Source: Octopus bimaculoides
Lineage: Eukaryota
Length of the DNA stretch: 64,000 nucleotides
NCBI RefSeq assembly: GCF_001194135.2
Contig: NC_068981.1
Coordinates: forward strand, 76,913,899-76,977,898
Direction: 5' to 3'
Notes under the pieces: generated by a model
What the model was told of the DNA's origin: nothing
Seen by the model: the letters and a program-made list of their open reading frames with translations, nothing else
The model's database searches: none
In this document: positions 49,111 through 63,122 of the stretch, piece after piece
Layout of the letters: the number at the start of each line of letters is the position of its first letter
Numbering within the stretch: position 1 is the stretch's first letter
Position numbers and translations under genes: made by a program

Positions 49111-52100
49111 GTCATATTTCTTGGTACTATTTTAATTCTCAGATGAAACAAACTCTCTTGTCTAATAGCACTAATGTCTCTAAGACAGGTATGGTTGATA
49201 TATTTCTTTTTACCCTCATTGGACAAGACGAAACGAATATTTTTCGGAAATTCATTTTAAAAAGGCATAAAATCTGGGCAAACTGAACAAATGAAATAGT
49301 TCTATCTGTATGGCTGAATGTCGTGCGTGTCATACACAAGTTGTATTGTAATCTCTTAGAAATAAATACAGTCGATGGGCTCTGAGGTTTCTTCTGACTA
49401 GATTTATTGCTAGGTTGATTCAATTAACCTTTGCTTTCTCGTATGTACTCACAGGCAATGAGAATTTATGGAGTTTTTCTCTTAATCTAACTATTTTGTT
49501 TGCCGAATACAGCCAGGGTTAAATCGCCTATGTAACTGTAGCTTCAATCTTGCCTTCCCTAGAGGCATGTTCCAAAAGATGTTAAGTGGTGCTTCCTTGC
49601 TTATGGTCTCTAGCACGTTGGGCATTGAGATCGAAATTCTAAATCACCGTGATATTGTTACATAGCCATAGACCATACGTTGGTTATGTCTGTCATTCTA
49701 ACAGGTGTTGTTTTGTTTCCGTTGAGTTTTCTTGCAAACTTCTTCCTTAAACACGCCTTATGGGAAGTCGGTTTAGTCACCGGTGAGCTGACCAGGCTTC
49801 ATTCTACTAGTAGCGCCAATTAGCAACCTAACATACTAAACGAACTAGAAACCAATCAATTTCAATTAACATCATCATCTGGTTGGACTTATTATTGGCT
49901 CAGCTCCGTCATATTTTCCATCATGATCACCTGCTTAGATTTCAGATTTCATTTCACATACACTCCTATAACCCCGGTGAAGGAAAAAATCTCTTTCGCA
50001 TTTTAATGATATCAGTTGTAGTCATATTCATACGTAAGAAATTAATGTTAAAATGCCAAAATTAATTTCTAACTCAATTAAAAAGTTATATTGTTTACTC
50101 TATCAAGGAATAGACCATGTATTGATTGTGACAACTGATGATTCCAGTTGTTCATTCAACTATTTTAAGGGTCTGGGATACTTCTCTCCCTAAGTTAATC
50201 ATCCTTCAATATAACCACTACTTACTAAATGCCCTGCTGTATTAGAGTTATAGGTCATCCGATGAGCTTACACGAGGATTTCCTCATATTAAACCAGAAA
50301 AAAAATTCATCCAAATAACATGCTCCAGAACCGAAACTGAACCTCAAGGTTGCAAAATAACTCCTAAAGCATTCAACAATTCCTGGAGCCGCATGAATCC
50401 TTATATATTGGAGTGCACAGTGTAAACAGACAATGTAATCAGATGTAAGTTACAAAAGAAACATTTGATATGTTGATTACACCCTGGCATTTGACCGACT
50501 ACCATAGGTCTGCTCGATCAACATTAACCTCGTTTGTATGAAACAGCAGAAAAAACATTAAAGATAACGTCAACAAAAGTTGCATATCATTTGCAGCATT
50601 AACCAAAGCAAGTAACTGTTCGACTTCTTTTTCCAGCATATTTTCTATCGATTTCCTATTAGGCGTGATATTCATGAGTATATACGCATGTATCCTCTTA
50701 TTACGTTGAATATCTTCTACTTATCTCTAACTACCTAATTCTTAAACTCATTATGTTCAAGAGAACCTTCTTCATTTACATGATGCTATAGGATGCTTCA
50801 AAATCCATTCTATGTTTTGTATTATTTGCCATATCTTCTTATACATAATCGGATAGTTACAAGAGATAAAATTTTAGATATACATCTACCTGAAAGCATC
50901 TTAGTGCCATTGTTGGTGATTAGCCCTACGTTAACTCTGCCGAGAAGACCTGAAGTCAAAGAGTTACTAACTATTAGACCTGCGTTCAATGAGTTTCTAA
51001 CTATAGAGGTCCCATTGTAATTTTGAAACATAATGTATCCTGATCCACAATATTTAACTTGTCCTTCCTTCCTTCCTTCCTTCCTTCCTTCCTTCCCTCC
51101 CTCCTGCCTGCCTGCCTGTCTGCCTGCCTTCCTTCGTTTCTTCTCACGGTGTTATTGGAGGAAGAGGTTTTGACTGCTATTTATAACAGGTCGAGCTACC
51201 GCGTACGTTGTTTCTCGTTTGCCCGGCCACCATTTGGTTTGGTACACCCATTCTTCAATTACTCATATGAAATCTACGAATATCATTAGAATGTTTGTTT
51301 ACGTAGTTCTCAAAAGACTTTACATGATGTTCACATACACTATGCACAAGAGAGAAGTAGCTAATCAGCTCAAATAGTTCCTTATGAAAATTAATCAGTG
51401 TATAAAACCTTATGAGAGAAGAAAATAAACAAGTAAATTCATTAGATATCAAAAACTTAGTCTTTTGAAAATACGTTATATGAAAATATAGAAGGGGCAT
51501 AAAACATTTCAAAACTTTAGAATCTAACATAGATATCAAAGCAAAAAGAAAATTGTATATATTTTACATACAAAGCGTATAAGGAAGTTATATGCGAAAT
51601 TCAGGAAGAAAAAAACGAGAGATCTGTATGGTACTGTAGACTGGAGGTATAATAATCTAAGAACATTAGAAAGCTATATCGAACGGAAACTTTCATCAAT
51701 AATCTCCCAATATTTGCTTGATAAACATGACGGATCAATCGATAACCGCGGCATAGAAATCCCATTAACTACGGTATAGAAGTCCCACTAACACATTCGA
51801 AAGTGCCAGTGGTATGAATATCAGCTTTAAGAAGTGTATGTAAGCATCAATCGTATTTCCATTGGGCCGAACCAACACATCATACACTAATATTATAACA
51901 CTAATGTATTTCTATATATGATATACTTATTGCTGATCAAGCAATGCTCCAGCTTTAACTCTTGTGTCGTAGAGATAGTCTCACGTATCCACAATAACAA
52001 TAGTGTTATCTTCATTGACCTTTTAGCATTCAGATTACTCTATAAAATGTAAAGCTTTTTTATTCACATTGTAGTGTGAACTTTTGACGAGGTAACTTTA

Positions 52101-52293
52101 TTTTTAGAATGATATTGTAGGGTTGGTGTGAAGGGCCAGATTACAGATTAGGCCACTGTGGACATCAAACATGTAGAATATATTCGCTACATATGGCCGG
52201 TTTAAATGCTAAAGAATTAAGGATATATTATATTTTCAACTTATTTATTACTAATTAAACAGTATTAGATAATAGTTCCATAAAAATGAGGAC

Positions 52294-52334
<41 letters not shown>

Positions 52335-52339
52335 GAGAG

Positions 52340-52382
<43 letters not shown>

Positions 52383-52783
52383 AGGGAGATAGATAGACAG
52401 AAATATAGATATACACACACACAAAGAGGCAGCTAAATAGATAAAGGTATCGGTACCCTATATGTCGTCTTTTCTGTTGTATCCCTTAATTCCTTGGTCC
52501 TATTTGATAGAGCATATTATCCGAAACGTTAGATTATATTATATGTCTTACTTTATGTACACTTGTTTGATATCATTGCGTTTCTACAATGGTTTCAACC
52601 ACGAACTTTCGTTTGTCTCACTCTTTACTTCATAATCTAACTCGTGTTATTTGCGTGACTTATCTCTTTCTTTCTCAAATACACAGACACATACACAAAC
52701 GCGCACACACACTCTCTCCCTTTGTGTATGTATGAATATAACGTATGTATGTATGAATGTTTGTATATATATATATATATATA

Positions 52784-52945
52784 TTGTTTCAGTCATTAAA
52801 CGGAGGTCATGCTGGGACACCACCTTGAAAAACTTTTAGTCGAACATATCGGTCTCTTTTTGCCGAACACCTAAATTATAAAGGCGTAAACGCACCAGCA
52901 TCGGTTGTCAAGCGGTGCTGTGGAGACAAACACAGATGCAAAGAC
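52784..52945 (-). mobile_element. SINE 3' half (same family as 33952)
   Basis: TTGTTTCAGTCATT..CATGCTGG.ACC..ATCGGTCTCTTTTTGCCGAAC..GTAAAC.CACCAGCATCGGTTGTCAAGCG. Confidence 0.7.
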
Positions 52946-54254
52946 ACACACACTATGCATGTATGTATGTATGTATATATGGAAGTATGTATGTATGTAT
53001 GTATGTATGTATGTATGTATGTATGTCATTATTCTGTTCTATTTCAATATTTCTTACCAGTATAAAGAGGGCCGGTTACTAACCTAGATCCAAGGCTCCT
53101 TCATTGGGATTTTAACAACATCAACATGGTATTTTTTTATGTATGTATGTATGTATGTATTCGCTATCCTGAGATCTTGGATTTTATCCGACTTCAAGGG
53201 ACATTGGTCAAGTATAGTTTTCTGCTGACTCGATTTGACCAGCACCTTTTGAGTGAATAAAGATAAACAGACACTAAAGAAAATCCTGTACTATGAGCTC
53301 AAACTGTGACTGAAAGTTAACGTCTTGTCGCACACTCTGACACACTGATGCTGTTTAGGAATAGCGTTAATGGTGTCTGGAATAACGAACGCCTTATGCT
53401 CCTATACGATGAACTAGAAATTCAGATAATCGAACGGCTGCTTAATTATCAATGAAACCGACGACAATCCATGCACACACATGCATATAAATTTATATAT
53501 TTATGTATATACATCTAGCGAGATAAACAGAGAGAGAGAGGGGGTGGAAGATTGAGAGTGAAATAATAAGCTGTATATACATTTGCAAGTTGAAAATGAG
53601 ATACGCAGAACCTCATAATTCCTATTTATATGCGCGCGCGCATATATATATATATATATATANNNNNNNNNNNNNNNNNNNNNNNNNNNNNNNNNNNNNN
53701 NNNNNNNNNNNNNNNNNNNNNNNNNNNNNNNNNNNNNNNNNNNNNNNNNNNNNNNNNNNNNNNNNNNNNNNNNNNNNNNNNNNNNNNNNNNNNNNNNNNN
53801 NNNNNNNNNNNNNNNNNNNNNNNNNNNNNNNNNNNNNNNNNNNNNNNNNNNNNNNNNNNNNNNNNNNNNNNNNNNNNNNNNNNNNNNNNNNNNNNNNNNN
53901 NNNNNNNNNNNNNNNNNNNNNNNNNNNNNNNNNNNNNNNNNNNNNNNNNNNNNNNNNNNNNNNNNNNNNNNNNNNNNNNNNNNNNNNNNNNNNNNNNNNN
54001 NNNNNNNNNNNNNNNNNNNNNNNNNNNNNNNNNNNNNNNNNNNNNNNNNNNNNNNNNNNNNNNNNNNNNNNNNNNNNNNNNNNNNNNNNNNNNNNNNNNN
54101 NNNNNNNNNNNNNNNNNNNNNNNNNNNNNNNNNNNNNNNNNNNNNNNNNNNNNNNNNNNNNNNNNNNNNNNNNNNNNNNNNNNNNNNNNNNNNNNNNNNN
54201 NNNNNNNNNNNNNNNNNNNNNNNNNNNNNNNNNNNNNNNNNNNNNNNNNNNNNN

Positions 54255-54930
54255 TATATATATATATATGCCGCCTACCACAGTACTCTCAATACACACA
54301 CAGCCCAAACATCTTCCCATTCCACACACACACTAGCACCCACATCACACTGACAATATATGTACACACTCACACGCAAGACGCATAAGCACACGCAAGA
54401 CGCATAGACACAGACAACTTCTCCTCACAAACATACACTATACACATGCACACTATATGGTGACAGTAACACACACCACCTGAACAATCACATAGGGTTT
54501 GCATACGCCCAAACACGCACACACAAGCACACACACATACACACACACGTTAGCTTCACACATATACACACGTTCATACGCATACTCACACGCATACACA
54601 CGTTCATACGTATGTGCGCACACACAAATGCACAAGTGCCACATCACTCCACACTGTACATACACTAGGTTATTTGCACACATACACACCCAGGCCAATG
54701 TGTTTGCACACATACAGGATAACCGCAAACATATGTACACACGTCCATATATGCACACAAACATACATACCAGCACATATATATTGCATATCATTCCAGA
54801 TAATGTACGCACTGGGTCACTTACAAAAAGATCCACATATTTTTTAGCTCGTACCCACACATACATACTAGCACACTCACTCCCATTCATACATACACAC
54901 TCACACACCATTATCACATACACACGCGCG
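54255..54930. repeat. Degenerate (CA)n-rich low-complexity region
   Basis: Directly visible; source of the H/T and C/V-rich pseudo-ORFs. Confidence 0.85.
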
Positions 54931-56118
54931 TCATTATCTCCCTTTCATTCAGCCTTCTTCTGGCTATTTCGTCATGTTGAACCGTTAACCCCTACAAAAA
55001 AAAACATTTACCCTCTCCGTTTGTTTTCTTTCTCTCTCCTTTTTTGGTTTCGTCTCTATCCTTTTTGTCGAAGTGCGCATTTTCCATTCTTCCCGAGCGT
55101 TAAACTAATACACGTGCTTGTTGTTCCTACATCTGCCTTCATCTTTTCTTTTCTGTAAATTTGAAAAACTATATCTATGTATATATATATACAAAAATAA
55201 GAGGAATGACCAGCAAAAGTGGACTCCTATATGCTAGAAATAGATGCCGAATCATCTAACCACGAAAAAAATATATATATGTTCTCAGTAAAAATTCAGT
55301 GACACAACAGACTGTAAAAGGGCAAGACAAATGAAAAAATACTAAATAAAAAAAAACGATTAACCTACGTACCATGGTTTCACCTGTTAAAATTTACATA
55401 CGTAAATATCTGCAGGATCGTCAGCGTAGTCCGTGGATTCGCTNNNNNNNNNNNNNNNNNNNNNNNNNNNNNNNNNNNNNNNNNNNNNNNNNNNNNNNNN
55501 NNNNNNNNNNNNNNNNNNNNNNNNNNNNNNNNNNNNNNNNNNNNNNNNNNNNNNNNNNNNNNNNNNNNNNNNNNNNNNNNNNNNNNNNNNNNNNNNNNNN
55601 NNNNNNNNNNNNNNNNNNNNTATATATATGTGTGTGTGTGCGTGTGTGTGTGGGTGGGGGTTGTGTGTGTGTGTGTGTGTGCTTATACGAGGGAATGCTG
55701 AAAAGTTCCTGGGTTTGGACAAAAGAAAATACCGGAGGATCAGATAATTATGACTTTATCCAACATATTGCAGCAGTCCTCTTTTTCTAAGCCCTGTAAA
55801 AGAACTCGGAAATCTGGTCCTCCAATCAGGCTTTTTGTGATACCCTTCAAACCAGTCGTTGAGTAATTACTACTTCCGAGGTTCTGCTAGTTGCAATGCA
55901 TATGTAGCCTAAATTTTACCTGCTCCATTCCCTAAACTTGAATTTTTATTCGTATAATTAGCAACCCCAGTTGCTAACCATCAACTATAAAATAACTTTT
56001 GTCAGCTTATTGAACTTCGATATGGGAAAAATGTACAGCTTTCTACACCAATAAACCACTATTGTTCTTGAAACTTGTTGCATCTGGAACAGAAGATATT
56101 GATTGGTTTAATACTGGC

Positions 56119-56293
56119 TTCAAATTTTGTCACAGGGTTAGGAACTTCGAGGGAGTGAATAAGTCGATTACATTGACTGCTGTGTTTAACGGGTATTATT
56201 TTATCAACTCTGAAAGGATGAGAGGGTAAGTTGACATGAGCAGAATTTGAACTCAGAACGTAAAGACAGACGAAATACCGCTAACCATTTCGC
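56119..56293 (-). mobile_element. tRNA-derived SINE, head truncated
   Basis: Contains GAATTTGAACTCAGAACGTAAAGACAGACGAAATACCGCTAA on the plus strand. Confidence 0.85.
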
Positions 56294-56328
56294 TTGCTGT
56301 TGATTGGTTTTATATTATAAGTTGGGAG

Positions 56329-56444
56329 AAGGCAGCGAGCTGGTAAGATCGTTAGCACGCCGGGCTAAATACTTAGCGGCATTTCGTCCTTCTTTAGGTC
56401 CTGAGATAGATTTCCGCAGAGGCTCTCTTTACCGTTTATCCTTT
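56329..56444 (+). mobile_element. tRNA-derived SINE, 5' half
   Basis: AAGGCAGCGAGCTGGTAAGATCGTTAGCACGCCGGGC..CTTAGCGGCATTTCGTCC. Confidence 0.8.
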
Positions 56445-56730
56445 GTTGTTGTAAATTCTTTATACACCCTTGCAAGGTTACATTCGTCGACATATGCATT
56501 TTGACACATAGATATACGCACACACAAACACATACACACACTCACACACAAACACATACACACACTCACACACGCACGCGCACATGCACGCACACGTATC
56601 TATATATAGCTAAATTCACTTACAACTCAAGCACGCGTGTATGTATAAATAAATGTACAAGCATAAACATGCATGCAAACATAACATAAACACATAGACA
56701 TGTATTTTCGTAGCTGCACCAAGATGTATA

Positions 56731-56811
<81 letters not shown>

Positions 56812-56984
56812 TGTGGTCACTGGTGACCATGGGATTACACCTAGAAAGTTCCCCCTTCGAGGCACAAGTCCAAGTGTCCTATCCACATCACCGATGTTGT
56901 CTAGGGGAAATGCGAAAGCCTATACAACTTGGCACATGTGACGTCGCAACTCATTCCTATAGCTGAGTCAGGATGTATCGCTCA

Positions 56985-57090
56985 GCAGTTTGAGCAACAG
57001 GCTTACAAGCGTGACTTTGCGATTTCGATTCCCGGACCGGTTTGTGTATTGTCTTCTTGAGCAGAACACTTTATTTCACATTACTCAATT
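56985..57090 (+). mobile_element. SINE head fragment (second family)
   Basis: TTTCGATTCCCGGACCGG..TCTTGAGCAGAACACTTTATTTCACATT. Confidence 0.5.
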
Positions 57091-58919
57091 TTACATATGT
57101 ATTTATATATACACATGTGTGTGCGTGTATCTATCTATATGTATATGTATGTACGCATGTGTGTGTGTGTGTTCATATCTATATACATTTCCATGCATTC
57201 ATTATTAAGCCACATATACTGTTCGAGCCTTAAAAATTTACAACTAATTCGAAACTTCGAAGTTATTATTAACCTGGAATACATTTCTGAAGTGTATAGT
57301 GTGATCTGTCAATTAATGTTTGGCAGCTTTCACCAATAATTATACGCGAAACAAATATTAATTATTTGAATGCAAATGGGAAACGTATTAAATAGTTTTT
57401 ATTAGCGAAGTATCTCGAAGCAAACACTGTTTTGATAAGAACATCTGACACATTGGCCTTCTTCCTTCTTAATGGAAAAATGCTTGAAAGCAGCCTGCAT
57501 GCCCCAACCATGTTTCTTCTCTAGATTAAGCGCAGGTGCTACTAACTACATTAAAGCAAAAGCAACTTTTCTTTCTTTTATCAAATTAAATGTTTTTTTT
57601 TGTTTTTTTTGCTAAATCCTTCCATCTGTTTATTTTATTTTTGGTTTTATCTTATATTTATCATTTTTTGTATCCTATTATCTTTTTTTTTTCTTAAGTT
57701 CTATGAAGTCTTCCCACATTTTATGTCGAAGATAATTCAGTACCTGTTTTGATCAAAGATATCAAAGATATAAATGACTTGCAACTGTTAGTATTCCATA
57801 TATTAATGTGAGAACCTATCAACCTTTTTCTCTGTACTCTTAACGTACATGTATCTCTCTCCATCCCAACATTTCGATTTTGTTCCCCTTCTTTATCTTT
57901 TTTTTTTATGAAGAACGTGCTTCTAACCAACGTACAACGCTATCAACATTGCATTCACGTTTTAACCGATTCTGACATGTTTCTTTTGCGAAAAGTAGTC
58001 GGGGAGAAGATCCAGCACTATTGATATTAGAACCGTATATCCAAGTTTTATCACTAAGTTTTATCACGGTAACAAGGAATAGGCATATTTTGTTTTGTTT
58101 TCTTTTTTATATATATATATCTTGCGCGACGAACTTCTACAGATGCCTACTACACACACTTCACAAGACAATTTTCCTGGAGTGCAGAACGCAACACAAT
58201 TTAGCAATATAATCCTTGTCCGTTGTCGCTGGATATGATCTGGATATGATCTGGGACGGTCTTCTGTGGACATGGTTGACTTAAAATGCTGTTCCTACTC
58301 ATGACACTGCGAACAGCTTAAATAATCCATCCGTCGGCAGCATCAGTTCAAGGGTTGCTGTATACAACACTATAGTCGCGAGTGTACTGCTTCAGCTGTC
58401 TATTTTTTCTGACAGAAAGTTTTGTTAGAAGACAAATCTAATATATATTGTTATTCGATTTACATTCAGATCATACGCATACTTTCTCCACAATGCTTCT
58501 TGCTTGTTTCTCCAATCGCACTAACTTCATGCTTTTGTCTATTGTCTCTCCATTCATTGTTTTACATAGTCTCATACCCAACAATATCATACACGCTTTC
58601 ACAATCTTTCCTAATAAGTAAACGTCCTCCATACTGATGCCACGGCTAATCCCAGTATTGTTTTCGCAGTTCCGCAAATGGTCTCGGCGTTCTTCCCATT
58701 CTTTTCTATCGTCCCTTTGTAAGTTCTCTTCATATTTCATTATATTTCTTCTTTCCTATTTATTTTTTTGTGACTCACTACTATACTTTCCCCTTGATTT
58801 CTTCCCAGCATTTATGCAAGTATTTTTTTATACAACTGCATGTATACGTATCGGGCATGTATGCATATTCATATGAATATCTATCTATCTATATATATAT
58901 ATATATATCCCTCTCCCCC

Positions 58920-58969
<50 letters not shown>

Positions 58970-59555
58970 GTACATATGTGTGCGTGTGTGTGTATGTATA
59001 TATATCCTGCGCATATGTTTTATATGCTACTATACATTTTGTTCTTAGTTACAACGCCTAAACAATAGATAAAGTGATTTACTCTAAAATATTAAATCCC
59101 ACTAATTGATAGCGCCATTGTTTTCATCATTTAATTCAACAACGAAGAGAATCCTAAAAAACTCTCTATATGAATCAAAAGTTTCATTTACAAATGAAAA
59201 TCCTTTTTACAGACTATATCTCTTGCATAATCCGTTGCCATACAACTAAACTTATTCGAACAGTATCTCACTGATACTGTGAATTTATCTCTTGCTGTTG
59301 CTTTCGTAATAAAAAGAAAGTTGAGGCTTATATTAAAATACCAATTGAACCTGCCAACCCAATGTTATACCTACAAACTAATCCCCACCAAAATCTCTCC
59401 CTTCAATTAAAAGCAAATAAATACTATTACTAATGTCACAAAAAGTAATAGAACAGCCCCATCATAAAGCCACTTGTATTCGCACGTTAATTAAATAAAC
59501 ACGTCTCGCAGCTGTTTTCAAAGATCATAGCCATCAGAAACACCACGACGACCAG

Positions 59556-60535
59556 CAGCCGAGTGGGCAAGTAGCTTTCCCTAGGAACTATAGTATATGA
59601 GATAACATTCACTCTAATAGGGATAATGGAACGAGTGAACGAATACAAGCTTCATCTGTGTATCGCTTTTCTTGATTATGAAAAGGCCTTTGAAACGTCG
59701 AGATGAATGCAATATTGAAATCTCTGGATATTGCGAAGTGTCAAACGGTCCGGAGATGCGAATTCTGGATATACTATAGATATAGTACTCCTATTACCAT
59801 CAATAAGCTTTCCAATTTGGAAGGGTTTCAAGCAAGGAGATACCATCTGTTCAAAGCTCTTTACTTGATGTCTGAATGGTCGTCAATGACATTGACTGCA
59901 CAGGAGGCATGAACACTAATGGCCAGAAATTAACGTCTCCGATTCACAGATGACATTATACTCATTATTGAAACCACAGACCCACTGCAGACCATAGTGA
60001 CAGAGCTGGGCACTCACAAATTAGCAGTAGGCCTCGAAATAAATTGCATAAAAACAAAGTCTATACAGTTGGAAGATGTAACACTAGGACAAATAGAGAT
60101 GGGAGGCGATGAAATCGAGGTGTTAATCTAGTTTTCTACTTTGGTTACATTCAATATGCGCCAAAATATGGGTGCCGGTGCTGAAATCCCAAAGAGAATA
60201 AGCGCTGTAAAGGATATGTTCAAAACAGAGATAGACAATAGCATACGTGCCACACTCTTCAATAGCACCGTCCTAACTTCGCTCTTTATATATAGATATG
60301 ATGTGGGCTACCACGAAGGGGATGCAACGCAAAAGGCCGTGGAAAGATCCATGCTGGGAATATTGTTACAAGAGCATATTCGAAATGAAATTATTGGAGA
60401 ACAGATTAAACGGTGTGATCGCGGAATACGGAAAGCACCAGTTCAGGTAGGCCGAACATGTCGCAAGGCACATCAGGCGGACCGCTACGTTGTTAAGGAG
60501 ATTTGGAAGACTTCCACAGCGATAGAAAGACGGCC
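59556..60535 (+). mobile_element. RTE-clade LINE reverse transcriptase, decayed
   Basis: ERVNEYKLHLCIAFLDYEKAFE; KGFKQGDTICSKLFT; LRFTDDIILI; IRATLFNSTVL; KAVERSMLGI..HIRNEII. Confidence 0.88.
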
Positions 60536-60560
60536 TATTTTAGTGATTTGAGTTAAGATT

Positions 60561-60659
60561 TGTAATAACACTGTTACAGTGTATTCTTTATCTATCGTCG
60601 GCAATATCAACCATATTACGATATTGGAGACGTAAGGATGTAACATCTGGTGACGAGGA
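60561..60659 (+). repeat. 3' remnant of the 5' LTR (60561-60645) plus PBS TGGTGACGAGGA (60648-60659)
   Basis: 85 bp aligning to 63038-63122 and ending in ACA, followed by a TGG-start PBS. Confidence 0.85.
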
Positions 60660-62828
60660 TTTTTCGAAGCTCACGTATATTATTTGGCAATTTGTGCGTC
60701 ATACAAATTGTTCGATTATGGCGAACCTATTAGCTGCAGAATTACAGCTCCAAGAGAAGCAACAGGAATAACTACAGGAGTTGCAAAAGCAAATATTACA
60801 ACAATATAAGTTAATTTAGTTACAGTCAAGGAAGTCCGAAAATTCGGTAAGTTCGTTAACGCCAGACGACGTGGCGAACTCGATTTCTGAATTCACTTAT
60901 AATCCAGAGGAGGGTATTATGTTTCCTACGTACTATAGAAGATACGAGAACATTTTTAACAAAGATTGCAAGTCATGGTCGGATGAGGAGAAAGTGAGGC
61001 TATTACTGCGCAAGGTAGCTACGGTTGAGCATGAACGCTACGGTAACTTTATATTGCCGGAAAAGTCGGGTGAGATTAGTTTCCAAGAAAGTATTGAATT
61101 ACTATCAAAGACCGTTTGCGACAAAAGTTCGTTATGTAACACTTGAATGGAATACTGGAACATAATGATGATTACTTTATTACATGCGCCAGAGTAGTCA
61201 ACCGTATGTGTGAAAACTTTAAACTTCAGGAACTCACTCAGTATAAGTTTAAATCCCTTATCTTCGTACGTGCTCTTACGGCAACAGACGATAGAGAAAT
61301 TCGGGCAAGGATTCTCTCAAAAATGTAGCAAGAGAACCAAGACTTAACCCTACAAACCATTGCTGAAGAGTTTCAAACAACGGAAAACCTGAAACACGTC
61401 GTGAAAAAATTCAAGAGAAAGATACCGCAAAAACACAGACATGTTGACACGGAAAGTACAACTAAAAAGAGTGCCATATCCCAATCCATGTTACGGATGT
61501 GGAGACCTATAGTTCAGAATCCGAAAACGCTATAGTTGTTTGAAACTTGGTCACAAGAGGTCACATTGCAGGACAAGATTACGGGGATCGAACGCAAAAA
61601 GTGCTCAGGTGTTTTCCACAGAAAATGAATACGACACAAAAACAAGAAAATTCGTACACGTAAAAATAAATGGTGTAAATATTAAACTGCAGTTGGATAC
61701 GAGTAGTGATATTTCAATCATAAATTCGGATACATGGAGAAAAATCGAGAAACCGAGATTACATAAAACAGTAAAAATTGCATGTGACGTGACGGACGAT
61801 AAATTACACTTCCTGAGCGAAATGTGTACAGACGTCACATTTTGAGGAGAAGCACGTGGAGCAAAAATATTCGCTCTGGAGAATAATATCAATCTGTCTG
61901 GTACAGATTGGTTGAAGTTATTTGACATATGGCACTTCCTCATAAGTCTCTACTGCAAAAACATAAATGTTTGTCCCTTTAGAAATCGTTTGAAGAAATG
62001 AAGAGAAAATTGGAAAAGATATTTCCTCGAGTACAAATTTAAATGGGGGAAAAATTTTCTCCGAATTGGATCTGTCTGACGCTTATTTACAGATTACAGT
62101 AAATGACAAATGCTCAAAGTATCTGATAATAAAAATATATAAAGGATCGTATATATGTACCCCGCTTACGTTTTGGATTAAAAGCTGCACCGGCAATATT
62201 TCAGCAAATCATGGACGCTGTTATCTGATTGCGAAGTTGAAATCACTTATTTGGACGATATATTGATTAAGAGTAATTCGCGGGAACAGCATGTAGAGCA
62301 TATAAAAGCTGTGTTAAGAAAATTAAAGAGTACGGGTTCACTTTGAGTGAAGAAAATGCGAATTCTTTTTGCCTCAAAATAAGTACTTAGGGCAAATAAT
62401 TAATAAAAATGGTGGACGGCCTGATCTATCGAGGGCTTACGCAATAAATAATATGCCTGCTCCGACAAATATATCAGCATTACACGCGTTTTGGGAGCTG
62501 ACAAACTGCTACCGAGACTACATTCCTAACATGCACAAATTAAGAGCTCTAAAGAATGACTTATTTAAAAAACAAAGTTAAGTGGAATTGGCAGGTTAAA
62601 TGCCAAAATGCATTTGAAGAAATAAAAAACAATTCTAATCGCAGATTTGTCTCTAGAGCATTTCGATCTTGAAATGAACATTGTTGTAGCGTCTGATGCT
62701 TCGGAATACGAAATAGGAGCAGTTTTGCTACACAAGTATAAAAGTGGAAGTAAGAAACTAGTGAAATACTAAATAATAATAATAATAAATAAATAAATTT
62801 TCTTTATTCCTTCGGAATTCGAAATCTC

Positions 62829-63122
62829 AAAAAGGGAGATGTTGTGGCGAGAGTACGACACCCTCAAATAAGATTAGACGGGACCACTACATATAAATAT
62901 TAGCGGTTTGACTGAGTCGGCGGTTCGTAGTTTGGTCTTCGAAGTCCAGAGTCAGTTTACAGTTCGAGTTAGTGTGTTGGAAATATTGATTGTTCGTTCG
63001 TCACGTGTTCGTTACTGCCGCTGTTCTTATTTTGTATTGTTATAACACTGTTACAGTGTATTTTTAATCTATTGTCGGCAATATCAAACGTACTGCGATA
63101 TTGGAGGCGTAAGCATATAACA
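62829..63122 (+). repeat. PPT (62829-62839) plus complete 3' LTR (62840-63122, TG...CA)
   Basis: AAAAAGGGAGA immediately precedes TGTTGT; the LTR ends TATAACA, matching the 5' copy. Confidence 0.88.

Larger units (their letters stand above)
60561..63122 (+). mobile_element. Gypsy/Ty3 LTR retrotransposon, decayed, integrase deleted
   Basis: Partial 5' LTR and PBS; gag ISEFTYNPEEG..YRRYE..EKVRLLLRK..FILP; protease LQLDTSSDISII; RT ELDLSDAYLQI, LDDILI, KYLGQII; RNase H IVVASDASEYEIGAVL; PPT and 3' LTR. No integrase found. Confidence 0.92.

Noticed and set aside
52495-52535. TTGATAGAGCATATTATCCGAAACGTT, resembling a PLE-terminal hammerhead
   Set aside because: Core and stem I are not recoverable in this copy.
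57402-57545. 47-codon minus-strand frame LVAPALNLEKKHGWGMQAAFKHF...FEILR* after an AG, with AATAAA at the stop (possible terminal exon)
   Set aside because: Length is within chance expectation, the acceptor is weak, and no recognisable homology or partner exons were found.
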